A DNA stretch of 30,547 nt. It comes from a virus. Lineage: Duplodnaviria; Caudoviricetes. Within the stretch, counting starts at the first letter, position 1. Each line of letters begins with the position of its first letter. The translations under genes and the position numbers were made by a program. The stretch spans positions 1-30,547 of the IMG/VR virus record IMGVR_UViG_3300035419_000031, one strand, 5' to 3'. The notes beneath the pieces were generated by a model. That model did no database searches, was not told where the DNA came from, and saw only the letters and a list, made by a program, of their open reading frames with translations. Shown here in pieces: positions 14,472 to 24,027 of the stretch.

Positions 14472-16402
14472 ACAATATGCTCCCCACCCCATACCAAAAC
14501 TTTATTGCACTTTCACGTTATGCACGTTGGAAGGGTGATGCAAGAGAAACATGGTCAGAAACCGTAAGCCGTTACATAGACAGTGTGGTCAAGCCGAAAG
14601 CTGGTGATGACACGTACATCAAGAACATAGAACAGGCTATCTTAAACTTAGAGGTAATGCCTTCTATGAGAGCTATGATGACTGCTGGCAAGGCTTTAGA
14701 GCGTGACAATACAGCAGGGTATAATTGTTCTTACCTGCCTGTAGATGACCCTAAGAGCTTCGATGAAGCTATGTTTATTCTCTTGTGTGGTACAGGGGTG
14801 GGGTTCAGTGTTGAACGTCAGTTCATTTCTAAACTCCCAGAGGTTCCTGAGTTATTTGTTAGCGACACAATCATTCACGTTAAGGATAGTAAAGAGGGCT
14901 GGGCCAAAGGCTTCCGTCAACTACTAGCCTTGCTATGGGCAGGGGAAATCCCTAAGTGGGATGTCTCTAAGATCCGACCTGCTGGTGCAAGACTAAAAAC
15001 ATTTGGTGGTAGAGCTAGTGGTCCAGCGCCTCTGGTTGAGCTATTCAACTTTGCTGTACAGACATTTAAAGCTGCACAAGGACGTAAGCTGTCTAGTATT
15101 GAGTGCCATGATCTTATGTGCTTCATTGGTCAGATTGTTGTAGTAGGTGGTGTTCGTCGTAGTGCTATGATTAGTTTGTCTAACCTGTCTGATGACCGTA
15201 TGCGTCATGCTAAGTCAGGACAGTGGTGGGAAACTGCTGGTCATCGTGCCTTAGCTAACAACAGTGTAAGCTACACAGAGAAGCCTGACATGGAGACATT
15301 CATGCGTGAGTGGACTGCCCTTGTGGAATCTAAGTCTGGTGAACGTGGTGTGTTTAATCGACAAGCAAGTAAGATACAAGCAGCTAAGAATGGACGTAGG
15401 GATGCAAATTATGAGTTTGGAACTAACCCGTGCAGCGAAATAATTTTGCGCCCAAATCAGTTTTGCAACTTAACGGAGGTAGTTGTACGTGCTACAGACA
15501 CTATTGAGGATCTTGAGCGTAAGGTCCGTATGGCAACAATTCTGGGGACTATACAGTCAACCTTTACAAAGTTCCCCTACTTGCGAAAGGTGTGGACTAC
15601 CAACACAGAAGAGGAGCGGTTGCTTGGTGTGTCACTCACAGGGATAATGGACAATGTTCTTATGACAAGTAAGAATGCTGGCCTAGCTAAAACCTTAGAG
15701 CATCTAAAGAGTGTTGCAGTTGAGACAAACAAGGAATGGGCAGAACGCCTTGGTATTCCTGTAGCGGCTGCTATTACGTGCGTGAAACCATCGGGTACAG
15801 TTTCTCAGTTGGTAGATAGCGCTAGTGGTATTCATGCCCGTCACAGTCCATACTACATCCGTACAGTACGTGGTGACAACAAAGATCCACTTACTAACTT
15901 CCTAAAGGATCAGGGAGTTCCTAGTGAACCTTGTGCAATGAAGCCTGACACGACTACTGTGTTTAGCTTCCCTGTGCAGTCACCTTCTGGGTCTATTACA
16001 CGTAATGACATGACAGCTATTGAACAGCTAGAAATGTGGCTTATGTACCAAAGACATTGGTGTGAGCATAAACCAAGCGTGACTATCTCAGTGCGGGATA
16101 GTGAGTGGATGGAAGTAGGTGCATTTGTGTATAAGTACTTTGATGAGATGAGTGGTGTATCTTTCTTGCCACACTCAGATCACACGTACCAACAGGCACC
16201 ATACCAAGAGGTAGATAAGACTGATCCAGAGTATGATGTAGATGGTAACATATCTTTGCACAGTTATGAGTCTTTATCTAATATCATGCCGACAGACATT
16301 GACTGGACAAAGTTGTCAGACTACGAAAAAGAAGACAACACCTCTGGTATGCAGACAATGGCATGTACTGGTGATGTATGTGAGATGGTGGACATCACAT
16401 GA
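14468..16402 (+). CDS. nrdJ: Class II (B12-dependent) ribonucleotide reductase
   Basis: YNCSY, GTGVGFS, GGVRRSA, GTNPCSEI, TCVKPSGTVSQL, C-terminal cysteine pair CTGDVC; no beta-subunit gene nearby. Confidence 0.93.
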   Translation: MNNMLPTPYQNFIALSRYARWKGDARETWSETVSRYIDSVVKPKAGDDTYIKNIEQAILNLEVMPSMRAMMTAGKALERDNTAGYNCSYLPVDDPKSFDEAMFILLCGTGVGFSVERQFISKLPEVPELFVSDTIIHVKDSKEGWAKGFRQLLALLWAGEIPKWDVSKIRPAGARLKTFGGRASGPAPLVELFNFAVQTFKAAQGRKLSSIECHDLMCFIGQIVVVGGVRRSAMISLSNLSDDRMRHAKSGQWWETAGHRALANNSVSYTEKPDMETFMREWTALVESKSGERGVFNRQASKIQAAKNGRRDANYEFGTNPCSEIILRPNQFCNLTEVVVRATDTIEDLERKVRMATILGTIQSTFTKFPYLRKVWTTNTEEERLLGVSLTGIMDNVLMTSKNAGLAKTLEHLKSVAVETNKEWAERLGIPVAAAITCVKPSGTVSQLVDSASGIHARHSPYYIRTVRGDNKDPLTNFLKDQGVPSEPCAMKPDTTTVFSFPVQSPSGSITRNDMTAIEQLEMWLMYQRHWCEHKPSVTISVRDSEWMEVGAFVYKYFDEMSGVSFLPHSDHTYQQAPYQEVDKTDPEYDVDGNISLHSYESLSNIMPTDIDWTKLSDYEKEDNTSGMQTMACTGDVCEMVDIT

Positions 16403-16845
16403 CAGTAAGAAAGAAGTTTAGCAGGGCTTTGTACGAAGCCTATGATGGTCCTGCAAAAGAAGCACTTGTGTCCCTGCTGGAAAGCAGGGGCCACACTATA
16501 GTAAATACAGAAGAGAACTACTACGTTGATGTCGTTTCTCAGAAGGGTGGCTACACCTATTTTAATGAGGCAGAGGTTAAGGTAGCTTGGGATGGGGACT
16601 GGCCTGTTACTTGGAAGGATATACGCATTCCTGAGAGGAAACAGAGGCTGTTAGACAAGCATGGGTCTGAGAACGGCGTACTAAACTTCTACGTCTTCCG
16701 TAAAGACATGAAGCAAGCATGGCGTATCAAGGACACACTGCTTACCAAGGAAAGTTTAGGTGGAGCTAAGGGAAGATACATACGGAAGAATGAGTTGTTT
16801 TTTCATATACCATACACATCAGCGGAGCTAGTAAAGACCGACTGA
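16399..16845 (+). CDS. Hypothetical protein, possible PD-(D/E)xK nuclease fold
   Basis: VD...EAEVK spacing resembles a PD-(D/E)xK core. Confidence 0.6.
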   Translation: MTVRKKFSRALYEAYDGPAKEALVSLLESRGHTIVNTEENYYVDVVSQKGGYTYFNEAEVKVAWDGDWPVTWKDIRIPERKQRLLDKHGSENGVLNFYVFRKDMKQAWRIKDTLLTKESLGGAKGRYIRKNELFFHIPYTSAELVKTD

Positions 16846-16863
16846 CAGAAACAGGAGAAACCT

Positions 16864-17052
16864 ATGTGGGTTCTAGTAGTAATTCTAATGCACGAAGGGA
16901 ATATCAAGGTAAACTCTTTTAATGGAGTATTTATAGAGAGGGCATCTTGTGTCCAACTTGGTAGTAGAATGGAAAAAGAATTGATGAAAACTAGGCCCAC
17001 ACCCGAATCTATTGCAAAAAGCTATTGCTTTCAGATTCCAGAGCGAGTATAA
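16864..17052 (+). CDS. Small hypothetical protein
   Basis: AGGAG RBS; hydrophobic N-terminus and two Cys. Confidence 0.7.
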   Translation: MWVLVVILMHEGNIKVNSFNGVFIERASCVQLGSRMEKELMKTRPTPESIAKSYCFQIPERV

Positions 17053-17076
17053 TACGGTTTATGAAAGGAGAGCTAT

Positions 17077-17340
17077 ATGGCTAAGTGGGATTTAAGTAAG
17101 CTAAATCAGGTAGGGCATGACCCTGTTGAGAAGCCTGTACACTACAACCAAGCAGGTATAGAGTGTATTGACGCTATAGAGGCTATGACAGAAAATATGT
17201 CAGGCAGTATAGCACCACACGCAGCTAATGTGTTGAAATACATGTGGCGTTGTGAATACAAGAATGGACTAGAGGATATCGACAAAGCAATATGGTATCT
17301 TAACAGACTACGCAAACGATGGACGGAGACACATAAATAA
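17077..17340 (+). CDS. DUF3310 protein (T7 gp1.7-like nucleotide kinase)
   Basis: DPVEKPVHY...IECIDAI...NVLKYMWR...KNGLEDIDKAIWYL. Confidence 0.88.
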   Translation: MAKWDLSKLNQVGHDPVEKPVHYNQAGIECIDAIEAMTENMSGSIAPHAANVLKYMWRCEYKNGLEDIDKAIWYLNRLRKRWTETHK

Positions 17341-17513
17341 TGGAAGTAACCCTTTTTGAAGGCATTATACTCATAAACCTAGTTATATCAGCAGGGTTGG
17401 CATACAAGTTTGGACAGATCAAAGGAGAGATAGACACTCTGTACGAAGGTCTGGCTATGGTTATGACACACCTTGAACTAACACCACCAGATGCTACACC
17501 ACCAAAAGAATAA
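17340..17513 (+). CDS. Small membrane-anchored hypothetical protein (57 aa)
   Basis: Hand translation MEVTLFEGIILINLVISAGLAYKFGQIKGEIDTLYEGLAMVMTHLELTPPDATPPKE; TAATG coupling. Confidence 0.65.
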   Translation: MEVTLFEGIILINLVISAGLAYKFGQIKGEIDTLYEGLAMVMTHLELTPPDATPPKE

Positions 17514-17551
17514 AAAAAGCCCCCCTAGGAATTAACCTAGGGGGGTTCTTT
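17512..17551. terminator. Bidirectional terminator between the convergent arms
   Basis: A-run, CCCCCCTAGG-AATTAA-CCTAGGGGGG, then TTCTTT. Confidence 0.88.
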
Positions 17552-17577
17552 AGTTTTATAAGGTAGTCTTTTTATTA

Positions 17578-17928
17578 TTACTTGCCGAAGAATTTAGATA
17601 CTGACCTAATTCCTATGGATGCTGATACGATACCGCCAAGGCTATATTGATACCACGCTGGCATAGTGTCCAAAGCGGCAAATCCAGCTTGCACTATAGC
17701 ATTGCCCCAATCACCACAAAACGCTAAAATCAGGGGAATACTGAAAAGTAGGGTTATCCACTCATCTTTCCAGCTATTCTGTGTAGCCTGTATAGCAGCT
17801 AGATCCCAATCTATCTCACCTGTAAGCTGTTTCTTCTTAATCTCAGCCTCAGTTAGTTTGATCTGGGTTTTACTGTCAATCACGCTTGTCGCTAAACCAA
17901 CAACGCTACCTACTATTTGACCAATCAT
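17578..17928 (-). CDS. Holin (GTA 3TM holin-like)
   Basis: SWKDEWITLLFSIPLILAF...MPAWYQY...GIR..KFF pattern; lysis-module position. Confidence 0.7.
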   Translation of the reverse strand: MIGQIVGSVVGLATSVIDSKTQIKLTEAEIKKKQLTGEIDWDLAAIQATQNSWKDEWITLLFSIPLILAFCGDWGNAIVQAGFAALDTMPAWYQYSLGGIVSASIGIRSVSKFFGK

Positions 17929-18131
17929 TTCTCATTACCCAACCAAACGGCGAAAGCTCCTGTTAAAGCTCCCGTTACGGTTGCAGTGAGTGCAGTTGCT
18001 TGTGATGTCATTGCCTCTGGTGGTAGCGACATAAACCATTCGATTACTCTAATATACATGCCAGTCATAACTAACATCATCAATCGTGGTAGTAATTTCC
18101 ACGCTAAAATACGTTCCATTGCTACTGTCAT
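17925..18131 (-). CDS. Small two-TM membrane protein (holin or antiholin candidate)
   Basis: WKLLPRLMML..., two hydrophobic segments. Confidence 0.65.
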   Translation of the reverse strand: MTVAMERILAWKLLPRLMMLVMTGMYIRVIEWFMSLPPEAMTSQATALTATVTGALTGAFAVWLGNEK

Positions 18132-18132
18132 T

Positions 18133-18426
18133 TTATACCTCTACGTCTAGTATTTTGCCTACTTCTATTGGAGCTACAATCCTACCATTCGGGCTGTAAG
18201 CCAACTCAGCCATACTTCTTTGTCTATTTTGCAGTTCTTCTGCCTTCTCTTGCCAGTACTTGTCAAGCCTTATGGTAACTTCACTGCGTGTAGCTGGCTC
18301 CACAACCCTTGGTTTATCAGCCTCAGTCTTAACTGGCGCAGGGGCTGGTGGGGTTATTGTGGTGGCTATGAACTCTGGTATTTGGTACATTTGAAATGGG
18401 AAAGTTCCCTTAGCTTCTAAGCCCAT
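18133..18426 (-). CDS. Hypothetical protein (Pro-rich)
   Basis: 97 aa, coupled with its neighbours. Confidence 0.65.
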   Translation of the reverse strand: MGLEAKGTFPFQMYQIPEFIATTITPPAPAPVKTEADKPRVVEPATRSEVTIRLDKYWQEKAEELQNRQRSMAELAYSPNGRIVAPIEVGKILDVEV

Positions 18427-18869
18427 TATAGCATTCCCTTTGATGACATTACAATAAGTACAGCTATACCAGTTATAATAGACAACACAGTTACTGTACC
18501 TCCGATAACAACTACCTTCTCTACTATCTCTTGCTTACGAAGTTTAGCAGCAGCTTCTCTCTCTTTACGTTCTCTTCGTGTTCTAGCCCTTATCTCTTGT
18601 AGCTCACCCCAAGCGGAGTAACCTCTGGTGGCTATGACGATAGCTCTCAGTTCTTCCTCTGCATCCTTTGCTTTCTGCAACTGTACAAAAGTCTCCATAC
18701 TGTTTTCATCGTCACCTGAGAATATACTACCCTTCTTTTTGTTGTGATTATTGCGAAGTTCATCAACTCCATCAAAGAACTCACCAATCTGCTTAGTGAC
18801 TGACACAAGCTCCTTACCTGCACTCACAGCCGTTTTAACAGCCGCCAGAGCAGTAAATGGATCTACCAT
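18426..18869 (-). CDS. Hypothetical coiled-coil protein with a C-terminal TM segment
   Basis: MVDPFTALAA N-terminus, charged helix, hydrophobic C-terminus. Confidence 0.75.
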   Translation of the reverse strand: MVDPFTALAAVKTAVSAGKELVSVTKQIGEFFDGVDELRNNHNKKKGSIFSGDDENSMETFVQLQKAKDAEEELRAIVIATRGYSAWGELQEIRARTRRERKEREAAAKLRKQEIVEKVVVIGGTVTVLSIITGIAVLIVMSSKGML

Positions 18870-18893
18870 TCACCCATACCCCCTTAGTGGAAA

Positions 18894-19136
18894 TTAGTCT
18901 ATAGCCATCTTCTCTACGGCTTCTCTGATGGCTTTTATATTTTCGTCTATTCGGGCAATAGCTATAGCTTGTGCTTGGCTGGAATCTTCTAACCTACCAA
19001 TACGTTGTTGGGTTTCTATAATCTTCTCTCTGTTACTTTCTATGTCAGACATCATCATAGATACTGTCCACACGATTGCTGCACCTTGAGTGACTAACCC
19101 TATTACAAGGCCAATGGGGAACCTGTCAGACATCAC
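18894..19136 (-). CDS. Small membrane coiled-coil protein
   Basis: N-terminal TM segment then heptad-rich helix (IARIDENIKAIRE); follows the endolysin. Confidence 0.7.
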   Translation of the reverse strand: MMSDRFPIGLVIGLVTQGAAIVWTVSMMMSDIESNREKIIETQQRIGRLEDSSQAQAIAIARIDENIKAIREAVEKMAID

Positions 19137-19576
19137 GGGTCAGGGTATTCGTCAGAGTTAAGTTCAAAGTGTGGTAAGTCATAAAAACTACCGTCATAAG
19201 CATCAACTAACTCTTCTGCACTACCTTCCCATTCTCTCAGGTCACGTACTCTCCAATTACCACCCCAACGTAGAGGTATGTCCAAATCTTTACAGGCTTG
19301 TATTACTGCGTCACCTACAGGATAAAAATCTTCAAACTCCCACGACACAGGATAAGGTACTAGATCAATAGCAAAACCATGAATGTGTCGAGATTTAAGT
19401 GTCTTAGACTTGCCGTTTTTTACTAATTCTTTTTGTCTATCTAAAGACCTTAAACCTTCAATTATTGTAAAGTCTCTAGTAGAAACTGATAAAGCATGTT
19501 TCATTACATCTATCATGTTATGATTAACACCAGACAACTTCTGTAAACTTCTTTTTCCAAACTTATACTCAGGCAT
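19133..19576 (-). CDS. Endolysin, M15 family L-Ala-D-Glu peptidase
   Basis: EGLRSLDRQKEL...SRHIHGFAIDL...RWGGNW...DLPHFEL. Confidence 0.92.
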   Translation of the reverse strand: MPEYKFGKRSLQKLSGVNHNMIDVMKHALSVSTRDFTIIEGLRSLDRQKELVKNGKSKTLKSRHIHGFAIDLVPYPVSWEFEDFYPVGDAVIQACKDLDIPLRWGGNWRVRDLREWEGSAEELVDAYDGSFYDLPHFELNSDEYPDP

Positions 19577-19614
19577 TGCCTATTCTCCTTAACATATTAA
19601 ACCTACACTAACAC

Positions 19615-20325
19615 CTAGTCGTACCAAACTCCACAAACCCTAACAGACTGGCCTGTTAATAGAACATCTACACCTGTAGTTTTGTGGGCTGTATACATAT
19701 AAGTGTAGTATAGGTTTGTAGCGAAACCCATTTGCGTAGAATTACCCCAAACAGTTAAATGTCTATCGTCTTCATCTCTCTCATAAATATTGCCAATTTT
19801 AATACAGTCACCAACCGCATAACCATTCTGTGCAACAGTAATAATTACTTCCCCCCAAACAAAATCTGGCCTAGAGGACTGACCGTGATTGGCTACGTGA
19901 TACTTGGCAGTAGTGGCAGTCGATGTAGCTCCTCGCACGATAGTAACTTTATGCTGATCTATTGCAGCTTTTACTTTAGCTGGTGATACGAGGCTCTCAG
20001 TTGTACCTGTACCTGTTGTCCATGTGGACGTAGCTTGATCTCCCAGCACACCTATTTGAGTACCAGATGTATTTACAACTTGTGTGTTATCAAGTATTTC
20101 CCAGTTAGCCCCATCTAAGTAAGCTACACTAATCCAAGCATTGTCAGACTCATTTCTGATTTTTAGTAAGTTTGTGTCATTCTCATACCACCACATGTTA
20201 GCGTAGGTGGTAGAAGGTGCCGAATTGCCACTATTGTTAGACGCCAGAGCCTGTAACGCACTGTTTATGTCGGTCCTTGCGTTAGAGGCTGTTTGGTTGG
20301 CTATTGAAAAGTCATGTTGTGACAT
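19615..20325 (-). CDS. Tail fibre / receptor-binding protein (putative)
   Basis: MSQHDFSIANQ...RTDINSALQALASNNSG..APSTT...WW N-terminus typical of fibre anchors; follows the tail tip gene. Confidence 0.7.
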   Translation of the reverse strand: MSQHDFSIANQTASNARTDINSALQALASNNSGNSAPSTTYANMWWYENDTNLLKIRNESDNAWISVAYLDGANWEILDNTQVVNTSGTQIGVLGDQATSTWTTGTGTTESLVSPAKVKAAIDQHKVTIVRGATSTATTAKYHVANHGQSSRPDFVWGEVIITVAQNGYAVGDCIKIGNIYERDEDDRHLTVWGNSTQMGFATNLYYTYMYTAHKTTGVDVLLTGQSVRVCGVWYD

Positions 20326-20328
20326 TAA

Positions 20329-23091
20329 TTAATACTCCACTGTGGCACTTAGTGCCGTTATGTTCGGGGTTACGTTTACACCAGTATTAGATAAGATTGC
20401 TCTGAATTGTACATACCTTCCAGTTACCTCACCAGTAGCAGTAACATAAGATGCACTAGATAAACCACCAGTAGTTGTAGCAGACCTAGCTTGAATTAAT
20501 ACTGCAAAGTCATTAAAGTTTGCTGTTTCGTTTGTCCAAGTATCCCAATTATCAGGCCAAGTATCCCAGTTGTTAGGTATATCATCCCAGTTTACTTGAC
20601 CACCACTTGCATTAGCATGTTTTCTGGTAAATGTAACTGCACTAGACAGCCTTATGGTACGACTAGTTCCTACATCAAAGTAACCTGCGCCATTATGGTC
20701 AAAATTATAAGTCCCAGTTGCACCGTAAGATGAGGAATCCGTCATAAACAGGTTTCCAGAGGAAACTGTAAGATTTGTCTTACTTCCGCTAAACCCTGTG
20801 CTTTCAGTATGGGTGTCACTTTGACCTAATGCTGGCAACTCACTTGATAAAATAGTTGTAGTTGCAGCAGTTGTACTCTCATTACCAGTTTTATCTACAG
20901 AGGATACAAAGTATTTTCCAGCCAGTGCTGGTGCAGTAACAGACGTTGCAGGTCTGGCTATTCTGTCTACTTGTACTATATTAGACGCATCCTTAAAATT
21001 AGCACCTGTAGTTGAAGAGTAGTACAACTTATAGTGAGATAAATCTAAATCAGAAACGGGAGGCCAACTAAAGAAACTTGTACCACCAGATAATTGATGA
21101 GACAAGGAGCTAGGAGAGGATGGGGGTGTAGTATCTGCTGTTACGTTAAAGGTAGTAGATATAGTATCTCCTTTAAAGCCAAGTCCGTTTACAGGTGTTA
21201 CTGAAACAGTGTAGTTTATTGGGCCTTCATTAATTTGAGGTGCGTCTACACCAACAATTTCAAACCTACCAGCATTGTCGCCTTCATCTACTAAAATTGT
21301 TTGACCTACTGATTTAAACTCAAGGTCACTAGTCTTTCTGTATTTTAGTATTACAGAGTCAATCCTATCAATATCATTACTGGTAATTGACACAATCAAC
21401 GCATTAACTACATTTTCGTTTACTTCTCTATACTCTTGAGAAACTGTAACACCAATAGTAGGTACTTCATAGTATTTTAAAAGGGTACTATTATTTGAAA
21501 TTATAGTTTGTTCATCACTTAAATCAAATCCAAAGGCTGCTTGACTGCTTTCCCGAAGAGATAAATTTACTCTAATATCTCCGTCTGCATCAGGATTAAG
21601 TCTCCAACCTATAACCTCAAAGGTTTTTTCAGAACCAGTAGACCAACCGTATCTATCATTACGGAACTTTATAAAGTCTCCTACCTCAATGTCTAAGGCT
21701 TCTAGTCCAAAGTCGGCTGACAAAGAAATTTGCTCTCTGTTACGATAAAGCATTTGTTTTGCTAGTCTTTGCGCAGCTAAAACATTTGTAGTGTAAGGCA
21801 ACGGTAAGTCCATTGTTGCTTCTACATTATTGTCATCAGCCAAAAATACCGAAGACTCTATTGCTGGATAATCTGCACTGACCCAATCATTGTCCTTGTC
21901 AATAAAAGTACCAGAAACTCTGTTAAAGTTATCTCTCATAGATGCTTTAGTATTCAAAGTTATAGGACCACGTAAATCATCCATAGTTAAGGTTTTTGTA
22001 GGGGTAATGAAATCACCAGCATATAGCTTCCAGTAACCACCGCCCCAGAATAAAGACCCACCACAAGCAGCCACTAGCTGTGTTAATACGTCACCAACAT
22101 TCTGACTTAAATCTACAACACCATTAACTTGATATTGCTCAGACCCGTCAGATAAAACATCTGTCTCTGCGCAAATATCAGCCGCAGCCTCAAATGTTGC
22201 ATAGTCAATTTGATCGTCGTTAAGGCCGTATTCACTTGTCAGAAAATCTCTGATAACCCAAGCTGTGTTTGTTGTATATACAGCAGACTGCTCTGTGCCA
22301 CTAGATGTCTTTACAATCTTCTTGCCTTTAACTTTAGCGGTAACTGTTGGTAGTCCACCAACAAAGGCATCTTGATTGTACTCAAACCTACAATATAAAT
22401 AGGCAATATTCTTACCTACAAAATCACTTGTGGCAGAGGTTTCTGCGATAAGTGAGTTAGCCAAGTTATTGCTAGAGTTTGCAAAAGCACTTGTCGCACT
22501 AGTTTGATTTCCAGTATGCTTATACACCGTTGCTACATAGTGATTAGTGATTGTTTCTACGACAGGCGCATCTTCGTCTGCCTTAGTCCTTGTTGTAGTA
22601 GTGTAGGTATAACGTGAATCAGTAACAATTGGACCTGACATACTTACTACTTCATCATTAAAGTATATGTCACCAATCTCTTCAACTTCATGCCCAGCCA
22701 AAACAATAATCTGATGTAGTATCTTATTCTCTGTTCCACCCGTACTCTCAAGAAAAGTAATAGTGCCGCCCTTACGAACTTGACCATACACTAATTCTGA
22801 TGAGGTTGTAGCTCCTTTAGCGTTAGTAAGCAGACCATTGCTTCCAGCCGCACTACCCATGTCTGGCTTTGGGGATAAAGCAGATAACAATGCAGAAGTA
22901 ACAAGTGTAGTAGCAATATACCCTACAGCGTAATAGGTTAGGTAAGTTGTCATGGTCATTGCTGCTACAGCACTTGCAGAAACCCCTGCACCAGTGATAA
23001 TATAAGCACCAACAGTTACAGGATCACGGGGTACTCTATCCCAATCGTTCCAGTTCTTTATAGTGTAGTCACCTAGTTTGTATTTAGACAT
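20329..23091 (-). CDS. Tail tip attachment protein / central fibre (lambda J-like)
   Basis: 920 aa; LVYGQVRKGG, HEVEEIGDIYFND, GLPTVTAKVKGKK, FNRVSGTF, AQRLAK; fibronectin-III-like DTTPPSSPS...VDKTGNES. Confidence 0.85.
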   Translation of the reverse strand: MSKYKLGDYTIKNWNDWDRVPRDPVTVGAYIITGAGVSASAVAAMTMTTYLTYYAVGYIATTLVTSALLSALSPKPDMGSAAGSNGLLTNAKGATTSSELVYGQVRKGGTITFLESTGGTENKILHQIIVLAGHEVEEIGDIYFNDEVVSMSGPIVTDSRYTYTTTTRTKADEDAPVVETITNHYVATVYKHTGNQTSATSAFANSSNNLANSLIAETSATSDFVGKNIAYLYCRFEYNQDAFVGGLPTVTAKVKGKKIVKTSSGTEQSAVYTTNTAWVIRDFLTSEYGLNDDQIDYATFEAAADICAETDVLSDGSEQYQVNGVVDLSQNVGDVLTQLVAACGGSLFWGGGYWKLYAGDFITPTKTLTMDDLRGPITLNTKASMRDNFNRVSGTFIDKDNDWVSADYPAIESSVFLADDNNVEATMDLPLPYTTNVLAAQRLAKQMLYRNREQISLSADFGLEALDIEVGDFIKFRNDRYGWSTGSEKTFEVIGWRLNPDADGDIRVNLSLRESSQAAFGFDLSDEQTIISNNSTLLKYYEVPTIGVTVSQEYREVNENVVNALIVSITSNDIDRIDSVILKYRKTSDLEFKSVGQTILVDEGDNAGRFEIVGVDAPQINEGPINYTVSVTPVNGLGFKGDTISTTFNVTADTTPPSSPSSLSHQLSGGTSFFSWPPVSDLDLSHYKLYYSSTTGANFKDASNIVQVDRIARPATSVTAPALAGKYFVSSVDKTGNESTTAATTTILSSELPALGQSDTHTESTGFSGSKTNLTVSSGNLFMTDSSSYGATGTYNFDHNGAGYFDVGTSRTIRLSSAVTFTRKHANASGGQVNWDDIPNNWDTWPDNWDTWTNETANFNDFAVLIQARSATTTGGLSSASYVTATGEVTGRYVQFRAILSNTGVNVTPNITALSATVEY

Positions 23092-23497
23092 CTGGCACCC
23101 AACAACTTTCTATATCTTCTAAGTGTAATTTTATAAGACCATCTTTACTTAGGAACACACAACGTGACCCCAAGGATATGCCCATAGCATAGCCTGTCAT
23201 CCACCTTTGACATTTCTTTGTTGTCACTAAGCTACCAAAGATAGGTCTGTCACAAGGTCTAAGTCTGGAAATCAAGGCTTCATTTAGAAGAGAAAACTTA
23301 AATGTTTCTTTTAACTTCTTACGGCTCATTGGTTGGCCTTCTATCATGTATTTACCAACCCAATCATCTGCCCAACCTCTTCCATACATTGCTTTCCAAG
23401 CACCATTAGTAAAGGTAAAACAATCGTGGACACCCCACTCAAATGGGATATCTACAACCTCACTTAGATAGTTGTTTAACTCGACTTTCTTCCCCAT
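23084..23497 (-). CDS. NlpC/P60-like tail assembly protein
   Basis: PFEWGVHDCFTF motif; position just before the tip protein. Confidence 0.75.
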   Translation of the reverse strand: MGKKVELNNYLSEVVDIPFEWGVHDCFTFTNGAWKAMYGRGWADDWVGKYMIEGQPMSRKKLKETFKFSLLNEALISRLRPCDRPIFGSLVTTKKCQRWMTGYAMGISLGSRCVFLSKDGLIKLHLEDIESCWVPDV

Positions 23498-24027
23498 GCT
23501 ACTTGAACATCTTGTATGTCTTGAACATAAGAAAAGAATGTATCACCATCGTATCGGGATTGGTGGTTTTCATCGGTGTATCTCCAATTAGCTGCACGTT
23601 CTAGTTCTATTAGTTTGCTCTCTATGGTTAGTTGAACAGTAGCGCCTTCTGCTGAGTCCTCAATATTCATGGTGTTCATTTGACCACTAAATATTTGAAC
23701 CACATTAGATACACTTTGTTCGCCTAAATATATTTTAGCTTGACGCCTTTGATAAGGCTCTTGTAAAGCTAAGGATATTATAGAGCTATCTAGTCCAGTA
23801 AGTGTTATTGACATAGACTTAGCTGAAAGGTCACTTACTTCCTCAGAAGGTCCAACACTCAACAAAGAACCTGTACCAGTGTAAGTATTGCTGTCTATAG
23901 TTCTGTCACCTATGCCAGTCCAGAACCTTAGTGTACCGTTATCAAAGAATAACTCAACAGCATAGTAAGGCTCTACAAGATCACCAGTAAGGGCTGTAAG
24001 TAAACTTGCATTTATGGTACGGCTCAT
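23476..24027 (-). CDS. Minor tail / tail tip protein
   Basis: LRFWTGIGD...YTGTGSLL...RYTDENHQSRYDGDTFFSYV...WGR; synteny. Confidence 0.75.
   Translation of the reverse strand: MSRTINASLLTALTGDLVEPYYAVELFFDNGTLRFWTGIGDRTIDSNTYTGTGSLLSVGPSEEVSDLSAKSMSITLTGLDSSIISLALQEPYQRRQAKIYLGEQSVSNVVQIFSGQMNTMNIEDSAEGATVQLTIESKLIELERAANWRYTDENHQSRYDGDTFFSYVQDIQDVQVAWGRKSS

Noticed and set aside
6693-17340. Modified-base genome system (dU, Z or 7-deazaguanine)
   Set aside because: thyX indicates normal thymidine synthesis; no purZ, dCTP deaminase, queuosine-pathway or transferase genes recognised in the window.
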